A stretch of DNA of 21,942 bases from a virus (lineage: Duplodnaviria; Heunggongvirae; Uroviricota; Caudoviricetes). The notes under the pieces were generated by a model. The model was not told the DNA's origin and ran no database searches. It saw only the letters and a list, made by a program, of their open reading frames with translations. The position numbers and the translations under genes were made by a program. The stretch lies in IMG/VR virus record IMGVR_UViG_2565956720_000013, one strand, 5' to 3'. Below are positions 15,901 through 21,942 of this stretch, piece after piece (position 1 is the first letter of the stretch; each line of letters begins with the position of its first letter).

Positions 15901-16182
15901 ATGACAGCAGAAGAAAAAAGCGTCCTGTCGCTTTTCATGATTGGGGTGCTGATTGTTGTCGGCAAGGTGCTTGCCGGTGGTGAACCCATCACCCCGCGTC
16001 TGTTTATCGGGCGCATGTTGCTCGGTGGTTTTGTCTCAATGGTTGCCGGTGTTGTTCTGGTGCAGTTTCCTGACCTGTCACTGCCTGCGGTGTGCGGCAT
16101 TGGCTCCATGCTGGGTATCGCCGGTTATCAGGTGATTGAGATTGCCATTCAGCGCCGCTTTAAGGGCAGGGGGAAACAGTAA
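15901..16182 (+). CDS. Y: Holin gpY
   Basis: 93 aa; hydrophobic membrane segments (LSLFMIGVLIVVGKVLAGG, FVSMVAGVVLVQF); immediately upstream of the endolysin. Confidence 0.8.
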   Translation: MTAEEKSVLSLFMIGVLIVVGKVLAGGEPITPRLFIGRMLLGGFVSMVAGVVLVQFPDLSLPAVCGIGSMLGIAGYQVIEIAIQRRFKGRGKQ

Positions 16183-16679
16183 TGCCGGTAATTAAAACAC
16201 ATCAGAATATCGCCGCCTTTCTCGACATGCTGGCCGTGTCCGAAGGGACGGCGAATCATCCGCTGACGAAAAACCGGGGCTATGACGTGATAGTCACCGG
16301 ACTGGACGGGAAGCCGGAAATTTTCACCGACTACAGTGACCACCCGTTCGCGCATGGCCGACCGGCGAAGGTATTTAACCGTCGCGGTGAAAAGTCCACG
16401 GCCTCCGGTCGCTATCAGCAGCTTTACCTGTTCTGGCCGCACTACCGCAAACAGCTTGCCCTGCCGGATTTCAGTCCGTTGTCACAGGACAGGCTCGCCA
16501 TTCAGTTGATCCGCGAACGCGGTGCACTGGATGACATCCGGGCGGGACGCATTGAGCGCGCCATTTCACGCTGTCGCAATATCTGGGCGTCCCTGCCGGG
16601 AGCCGGTTACGGTCAGCGTGAGCATTCACTGGAAAAACTGGTCACCGTCTGGCGTAGCGCTGGCGGCGTACCGGCTTAA
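16182..16679 (+). CDS. K: Endolysin gpK (lambda R-like lytic transglycosylase)
   Basis: 165 aa; FLDMLAVSEGT catalytic-Glu region and GYDVIV, FTDYSDHP, NIWASLPGAGYGQ motifs closely resemble lambda R endolysin. Confidence 0.9.
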   Translation: MPVIKTHQNIAAFLDMLAVSEGTANHPLTKNRGYDVIVTGLDGKPEIFTDYSDHPFAHGRPAKVFNRRGEKSTASGRYQQLYLFWPHYRKQLALPDFSPLSQDRLAIQLIRERGALDDIRAGRIERAISRCRNIWASLPGAGYGQREHSLEKLVTVWRSAGGVPA

Positions 16680-16693
16680 ACGGAGTAAACACC

Positions 16694-17119
16694 ATGAAGA
16701 AATTATCCCTTTCACTGATGCTGAACGTGTCGCTGGCGCTGATGCTGGCACTGTCCCTGATTTACCCGCAGAGCGTGGCCGTCAGTTTTGTCGCCACCTG
16801 GGCGATTCTGGCGACGGTTATCTGTGTGGTTGCCGGTGGTGTCGGCGTGTATGCCACGGAGTATGTGCTGGAACGCTACGGGCGGGAGCTTCCGCCGGAA
16901 TCGCTGGCCGTGAAGATTGTCACGTCGCTGTTTTTGCAGCCGGTGCCGTGGCGCAGACGGGCGGTGGCTCTGGTGGTGATGGTGGCGACGTTTATCTCGC
17001 TGGTCGCTGCCGGGTGGATTTTTACCGCGCTGATTTATCTCGTGGCGTCGGTGTTCTTCCGGCTGATACGTACGGCCTGCCGTCAGCGTTTTGAGGGGCG
17101 GGAACCATGTCAAAGCTGA
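16694..17119 (+). CDS. lysA: LysA lysis-timing membrane protein
   Basis: 141 aa; several hydrophobic transmembrane segments; syntenic with P2 lysA. Confidence 0.75.
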   Translation: MKKLSLSLMLNVSLALMLALSLIYPQSVAVSFVATWAILATVICVVAGGVGVYATEYVLERYGRELPPESLAVKIVTSLFLQPVPWRRRAVALVVMVATFISLVAAGWIFTALIYLVASVFFRLIRTACRQRFEGREPCQS

Positions 17120-17532
17120 TGATTGTGATGGTTGTGCTGTTATCGCTGGCGGTGGCGGGGCTGTTTCTGGTGAAGCATGAAAACGCCAGCCTGCGCGCCT
17201 CGCTGGACAGGGCGAACAACGTCGCCAGCGGGCAGCAGACGACCATCACCATGCTGCAAAATCAGCTTCATGTTGCCATCACCAGGGCAGACAAAAACGA
17301 GCTGGCGCAGGTGGCACTGCGTCAGGAACTGGAGAACGCCGCGAAGCGTGAAGCACAGCGCGAGAAAACCATCACGAGGTTACTTAATGAAAGCGAAGAT
17401 TTTCGCCGCTGGTACGGTGCTGACCTGCCTGATGCTGTGCGCCGGTTGCACCAGCGCCCCGCCTGCACTGACGCCAGTGATTGTCGCCAACGCCTGCCCG
17501 AAAGTGAGCCTTTGCCCGATGCCGGGCAGTGA
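17107..17532 (+). CDS. lysB: LysB, Rz-like inner-membrane spanin
   Basis: 141 aa; N-terminal transmembrane segment (MIVMVVLLSLAVAGLFLV) followed by a charged coiled-coil-like region; contains the embedded lysC frame. Confidence 0.8.
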   Translation: MSKLMIVMVVLLSLAVAGLFLVKHENASLRASLDRANNVASGQQTTITMLQNQLHVAITRADKNELAQVALRQELENAAKREAQREKTITRLLNESEDFRRWYGADLPDAVRRLHQRPACTDASDCRQRLPESEPLPDAGQ

Positions 17533-17677
17533 CCCGCAGACGAACGGCGATTTAAGTGCCGATATCCGGCAGCTTGAGAACGCGCTGGCACGCTGTGCCA
17601 GCCAGGTAAAAATGATTAAACACTGTCAGGACGAAAACGATGCTCAAACCCGACAGCCTGCGCAGGGCGCTGACTGA
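17387..17677 (+). CDS. lysC: LysC, Rz1-like outer-membrane lipoprotein spanin, embedded in the +1 frame of lysB
   Basis: 96 aa from ATG 17387; lipoprotein signal with lipobox LCAGC; Pro-rich mature region; starts inside lysB and extends past its stop. Confidence 0.75.
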   Translation: MKAKIFAAGTVLTCLMLCAGCTSAPPALTPVIVANACPKVSLCPMPGSDPQTNGDLSADIRQLENALARCASQVKMIKHCQDENDAQTRQPAQGAD

Positions 17678-18107
17678 TGCCGTCACGGTGCTGAAAACCA
17701 GTCCCGAGATGCTGCGGATATTCGTTGATAACGGGAGTATTGCCTCCACGCTGGCGACGTCGTTGTCATTCGAAAAGCGTTACACGCTCAATGTGATTGT
17801 GACCGACTTTACCGGTGATTTTGACCTGCTCATCGTGCCGGTGCTGGCGTGGCTGCGGGAAAATCAGCCCGACATCATGACCACTGACGAAGGTCAGAAA
17901 AAGGGCTTCACGTTTTATGCAGACATCAACAATGACAGCAGCTTTGATATCAGCATCAGCCTGATGCTGACCGAGCGCACGCTGGTCAGTGAGGTGGACG
18001 GCGCGCTGCATGTGAAGAATATCCCGGAACCCACGCCGCCGGAGCCGGTCACCCGCCCGATGGAGCTTTATATCAATGGCGAACTGGTGAGCAAGTGGGA
18101 TGAATGA
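17640..18107 (+). CDS. R: Tail completion protein gpR
   Basis: 155 aa, the length I recall for P2 R; syntenic. Confidence 0.8.
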   Translation: MLKPDSLRRALTDAVTVLKTSPEMLRIFVDNGSIASTLATSLSFEKRYTLNVIVTDFTGDFDLLIVPVLAWLRENQPDIMTTDEGQKKGFTFYADINNDSSFDISISLMLTERTLVSEVDGALHVKNIPEPTPPEPVTRPMELYINGELVSKWDE

Positions 18108-18552
18108 GTTTAAGCGTTTTGAAGACCGGCTGACCGGACTGATTGAGTCGCTGTCACCGTCAGGGCGTCGACGACTGAGTGCCGAACTGGCGAAACGTCT
18201 GCGGCAGAGTCAGCAGCGTCGGGTGATGGCACAGAAAGCCCCGGACGGCACACCCTACGTGCCACGCCAGCAGCAGAGCGCCAGAAAAAAGACTGGTCGT
18301 GTTAAGCGAAAAATGTTTGCGAAACTTATCACCAGTCGTTTTTTGCATATCCGCGCCAGCCCGGAACAGGCATCAATGGAGTTTTACGGCGGGAAGTCAC
18401 CGAAAATCGCCAGCGTGCATCAGTTCGGTCTGTTGGAAGAAAACCGGAAAGACGGTAAGAAAATTGATTATCCGGCGCGTCCTCTGCTCGGCTTTACCAG
18501 TGAGGATGTGCAGATGATTGAAGAGATTATCCTGGCTCACCTCGACCGTTAG
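18100..18552 (+). CDS. S: Tail completion protein gpS
   Basis: 150 aa, the length I recall for P2 S; start overlaps the R stop. Confidence 0.8.
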   Translation: MNEFKRFEDRLTGLIESLSPSGRRRLSAELAKRLRQSQQRRVMAQKAPDGTPYVPRQQQSARKKTGRVKRKMFAKLITSRFLHIRASPEQASMEFYGGKSPKIASVHQFGLLEENRKDGKKIDYPARPLLGFTSEDVQMIEEIILAHLDR

Positions 18553-18618
18553 TTGTGCCATTCCTGACACCTCATCGTCACATTGCCGCCGGTATGACCC
18601 GGCGGCATCCTTCCCGTT
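18553..18618 (+). promoter_or_regulatory. S-V intergenic region: expected site of the late promoter for the V-W-J-I-H operon; contains a perfect 8-bp-stem hairpin (18585-18606)
   Basis: 66-bp gap between the two late operons; inverted repeat gccgccgg-tatgac-ccggcggc; by analogy with the P2 P_V promoter. Confidence 0.4.
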
Positions 18619-19254
18619 ATGAACACTCTCGCAAATATTCAGGAACTCGCGCGCGCACTGCGCAACATGATTCGCACCGGCCTTGTCGTCGAAACCGACC
18701 TTAACGCCGGTCGCTGCCGTGTGCAGACCGGCGGCATGTGCACCGACTGGCTTCAGTGGCTGACCTGTCGTGCCGGGCGTTCGCGCACATGGTGGGCACC
18801 TTCCGTGGGGGAGCAGGTGCTGATTCTGGCCGTGGGCGGTGAACTTGACACGGCGTTTGTTCTGCCGGGGATTTATTCCGGCGATAACCCCGCGCCGTCT
18901 GCGTCGGCGGATGCCCTGCATATCCGTTTCCCTGACGGGGCGGTGATTGAGTATGAACCCGAAACCAGTGCACTCACGGTAAGCGGAATTAAAACGGCCA
19001 GCGTGACGGCTTCTGATTCTGTTACTGCCACGGTGCCGGTGGTCACGGTGAAAGCATCAACCCGCGTCACCCTGGACACACCGGAGGTGGTCTGCACCAA
19101 CAGGCTGATTACCGGCACGCTGGAAGTGCAGAAGGGCGGGACGATGCGCGGCAACATTGAACACACCGGCGGTGAACTCTCATCAAACGGTAAGGTACTG
19201 CATACCCATAAACACCCCGGCGACAGTGGCGGCACAACAGGGGGACCTCTATGA
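18619..19254 (+). CDS. V: Baseplate spike / central hub protein gpV
   Basis: 211 aa, the length I recall for P2 V; C-terminal HTHKHPGDSGGTTGGP apex-like motif. Confidence 0.85.
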   Translation: MNTLANIQELARALRNMIRTGLVVETDLNAGRCRVQTGGMCTDWLQWLTCRAGRSRTWWAPSVGEQVLILAVGGELDTAFVLPGIYSGDNPAPSASADALHIRFPDGAVIEYEPETSALTVSGIKTASVTASDSVTATVPVVTVKASTRVTLDTPEVVCTNRLITGTLEVQKGGTMRGNIEHTGGELSSNGKVLHTHKHPGDSGGTTGGPL

Positions 19255-19598
19255 CTGCGCGTTATCTCGGAATGAATCGCAGTGATGGCCTGACGGTCAC
19301 TGACCTTGAGCATATCAGCCAGAGTATCGGCGATATCCTGCGCACACCGGTCGGCTCACGGGTGATGCGTCGTGATTACGGCTCGTTGCTGGCATCAATG
19401 ATTGACCAGCCGCAGACCCCGGCGCTTGAGTTGCAGATTAAGGTCGCCTGTTACATGGCGGTGCTGAAATGGGAACCCCGCGTCACCCTGTCATCCGTCA
19501 CCACGGCGCGCAGTTTTGACGGGCGAATGACGGTCACGTTAACCGGTCAGCACAACGACACCGGCCAGCCACTTTCGTTAACCATCCCTGTGAGTTGA
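19251..19598 (+). CDS. W: Baseplate wedge protein gpW (GPW/gp25 family)
   Basis: 115 aa, the length I recall for P2 W; ATGA-type overlap with the V stop. Confidence 0.85.
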   Translation: MTARYLGMNRSDGLTVTDLEHISQSIGDILRTPVGSRVMRRDYGSLLASMIDQPQTPALELQIKVACYMAVLKWEPRVTLSSVTTARSFDGRMTVTLTGQHNDTGQPLSLTIPVS

Positions 19599-19602
19599 AA
19601 CC

Positions 19603-20511
19603 ATGCCGATTATCGACCTGAACCAGCTACCCGCACCGGATGTGGTCGAGGAGCTGGACTTTGAAACCATTCTTGCCGAACGCAAGGCGACACTGATTTC
19701 CCTTTACCCGGAAGACCAGCAGGAGGCGGTCGCCCGTACCCTGACGCTGGAATCTGAGCCTCTCGTCAAACTGCTGGAGGAAAATGCTTATCGTGAGCTT
19801 ATCTGGCGTCAGCGTGTGAATGAGGCCGCACGGGCGGTGATGCTGGCCTGTGCCGCCGGTAATGACCTTGATGTGATTGGTGCCAATTACAACACCACGC
19901 GCCTGATTATCACCCCGGCAGATGATTCGACCATTCCGCCGACACCGGCAGTGATGGAGTCTGACACCGATTATCGTCTGCGTATTCAGCAGGCGTTTGA
20001 GGGCTTAAGCGTCGCCGGGTCGGTGGGAGCCTATCAGTATCATGGTCGCAGTGCTGACGGGCGTGTCGCGGATATTTCTGTCACCAGTCCGTCTCCGGCC
20101 TGCGTCACCATCTCTGTGCTGTCACGTGAAAATAACGGTGTTGCATCCGAAGACCTGCTGGCCGTGGTGCGTAACGCCCTTAATGGCGAGGACGTCAGGC
20201 CGGTGGCCGACCGCGTGACCGTGCAGTCTGCCGCCATCGTTGAATACCAGATAAACGCCACGCTTTACCTTTACCCTGGTCCCGAAAGCGAACCCATCCG
20301 CGCTGCTGCCGTGAAAAAACTGGAAGCGTACATCACGGCACAGCACCGGCTGGGGCGCGACATCCGTCTGTCTGCCATTTATGCCGCTTTGCATGTGGAA
20401 GGCGTGCAGCGTGTCGAACTGGCTGCACCGCTGGACGATATCGTGCTTAACAGCACGCAGGCGTCTTTCTGTACCGAATACCGCGTCGTGACCGGAGGCT
20501 CGGATGAGTGA
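19603..20511 (+). CDS. J: Baseplate protein gpJ
   Basis: 302 aa, the length I recall for P2 J; syntenic. Confidence 0.85.
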   Translation: MPIIDLNQLPAPDVVEELDFETILAERKATLISLYPEDQQEAVARTLTLESEPLVKLLEENAYRELIWRQRVNEAARAVMLACAAGNDLDVIGANYNTTRLIITPADDSTIPPTPAVMESDTDYRLRIQQAFEGLSVAGSVGAYQYHGRSADGRVADISVTSPSPACVTISVLSRENNGVASEDLLAVVRNALNGEDVRPVADRVTVQSAAIVEYQINATLYLYPGPESEPIRAAAVKKLEAYITAQHRLGRDIRLSAIYAALHVEGVQRVELAAPLDDIVLNSTQASFCTEYRVVTGGSDE

Positions 20512-21115
20512 TTCGCGCCTGCTGCCGACCGGCTCATCACCACTTGAAGTCGCCGCCGCAAAAGCCTGTGCGGAAATTGAAAAAACGCCGGTCAGTATTC
20601 GTGAGCTGTGGAACCCGGATACCTGTCCGGCAAATCTGCTGCCGTGGCTGGCGTGGTCATTTTCGGTCGACAGGTGGGATGATAAGTGGCCGGAAGCGAC
20701 AAAACGCGCTGTTATCCGCGATGCGTATTTCATTCACTGCCATAAGGGCACTATTGGTGCGATTCGCCGTGTGGTGGAGCCGCTCGGCTATCTGATTGAG
20801 GTGAGGGAGTGGTGGCAGCTCAACGAGGAGCCGGGGACGTTCCGCATCGTTGTTGGCGTGCTTGAGCAGGGTATTACCGAGGAAATGTATCAGGAGCTGG
20901 AGCGCCTCGTTGCTGATGCAAAACCGGCGAGCCGCCATCTGACGGGACTGGCTATCAGTTTAAGTACAACCGGCAACATTTTTGCCGGTGCGGGATGCTA
21001 TCACGGTGACGCCCTGACGGTTTATCCCTACACCCCGGAGGCCATTATTGTCGGAGGGGATTATTTCCCGGCCTCGGCCATTCATTTAATTGATAACCTG
21101 AGAGTAAACGCATGA
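20504..21115 (+). CDS. I: Baseplate / tail-fibre attachment protein gpI
   Basis: 203 aa ORF overlapping the J stop; longer than the 176 aa I recall for P2 I, so the C-terminus is uncertain. Confidence 0.75.
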   Translation: MSDSRLLPTGSSPLEVAAAKACAEIEKTPVSIRELWNPDTCPANLLPWLAWSFSVDRWDDKWPEATKRAVIRDAYFIHCHKGTIGAIRRVVEPLGYLIEVREWWQLNEEPGTFRIVVGVLEQGITEEMYQELERLVADAKPASRHLTGLAISLSTTGNIFAGAGCYHGDALTVYPYTPEAIIVGGDYFPASAIHLIDNLRVNA

Positions 21116-21942
21116 CAGTGAAATACTACGCCATTCTGACTAATCAGGGCGCAGCACGGCTGGCTAACGCGACGATGCTCGGCAGTAAGCTGAATCTGAC
21201 GCAAATGGCCGTTGGTGATGCGAATGGTGTCTTGCCGACACCAGACCCGGCACAGACAAAACTGATTAATCAGAAACGCATTGCACCGCTGAATCTTCTG
21301 AGTGTTGACCCGAACAACCAGAGCCAGATTATTGCGGAGCAAATCATCCCTGAGAACGAGGGCGGATTCTGGATCCGTGAGATTGGGCTTTATGATGATG
21401 AAGGCGTACTCATTGCGGTGGCGAACTGCCCGGAAACGTACAAACCGCAGTTGCAGGAAGGCAGTGGTCGTACCCAGACTATCCGCATGATTCTGGTTGT
21501 CACGAATACCGAAGCCATCACGCTGAAAATCGACCCGTCGGTGGTACTGGCGACCCGTAAATACGTGGATGATGAAGTCCTGGAATTAAGGCTGTATGTG
21601 GATGAACAGATGAGAAACCACATTGCCGCACAGGATCCTCATACCCAGTATGCACAGAAACATAATCCGACATTTACCGGAGAACCAAAAGCGCCGACTC
21701 CTGATGCAGGAAATAACACCACGCGGATTGCGACCACTGCGTTTGTACAGGCTGCTATTACCGCTCTGATTAATGGTGCGCCTGCCACGCTGGACACACT
21801 GAAAGAAATTGCCGCAGCCATTAACAATGACCCGAAATTCAGCACCACCATTAACAATGCGCTGGCAGGTAAACAACCGCTGGACAATACGCTGACTCAT
21901 TTGAGTGGAAAGGATGTTGCCGGTCTTCTCGCATACCTTGGT
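21112..21942 (+). CDS. H: Tail fibre protein gpH, N-terminal part only (3' end beyond the window)
   Basis: Open frame from ATG 21112 (ATGA overlap with the I stop) to the window end with no stop; my own translation begins MTVKYYAILTNQGAARLANATML; absent from the ORF track because it has no stop. Confidence 0.8.
   Translation, partial: MTVKYYAILTNQGAARLANATMLGSKLNLTQMAVGDANGVLPTPDPAQTKLINQKRIAPLNLLSVDPNNQSQIIAEQIIPENEGGFWIREIGLYDDEGVLIAVANCPETYKPQLQEGSGRTQTIRMILVVTNTEAITLKIDPSVVLATRKYVDDEVLELRLYVDEQMRNHIAAQDPHTQYAQKHNPTFTGEPKAPTPDAGNNTTRIATTAFVQAAITALINGAPATLDTLKEIAAAINNDPKFSTTINNALAGKQPLDNTLTHLSGKDVAGLLAYLG

Noticed and set aside
16522-17094. 190-aa plus-strand ORF spanning the end of K and most of lysA in another frame
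   Set aside because: Overlaps two well-supported lysis genes out of frame; Gly/Arg/Cys-rich and without a plausible start context. The embedded lysC frame in lysB was accepted instead because it has a lipoprotein signal
18554-18571. TGT-N12-ACC element near the start of the S-V intergenic region as an Ogr-type activator site
   Set aside because: The third half-site base does not match the TGT-N12-ACA consensus and the spacing to the V start codon is short; kept only as a note inside the regulatory feature
1-21942. Search for CRISPR arrays, tRNA genes, IS elements or an att core
   Set aside because: No regularly spaced direct repeats, no tRNA-like cloverleaf candidates and no transposase-like ORFs were seen; attL is expected just left of the integrase stop, outside the window

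Overview
This window is the left part of an integrated P2-like (Peduovirus-type) prophage from an enterobacterial host, with a two-gene SIR2-like/HerA-like candidate anti-phage module inserted in the cos-proximal accessory slot. Gene order left to right: tyrosine integrase and C-type immunity repressor (minus strand), a Cox-like switch gene, early-operon small ORFs including a TraR-type zinc-finger protein, the rolling-circle initiator gpA, the AT-rich cargo at 5975-9029, the cos site (about 9184-9202), portal Q and large terminase P (minus strand), then the rightward late genes O N M L X Y K lysA lysB/lysC R S V W J I and the 5' part of tail-fibre gene H, which runs off the window end. The cargo occupies the position where P2 itself carries orf91/tin/old. 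The SIR2+HerA pairing is an already described defence family, so the open questions are which variant this is and whether it is active, not whether the class exists. All calls are from reading the ORF translations, motifs and synteny; no database search or numerical computation was run. No tRNA, rRNA, CRISPR array or IS element was seen.
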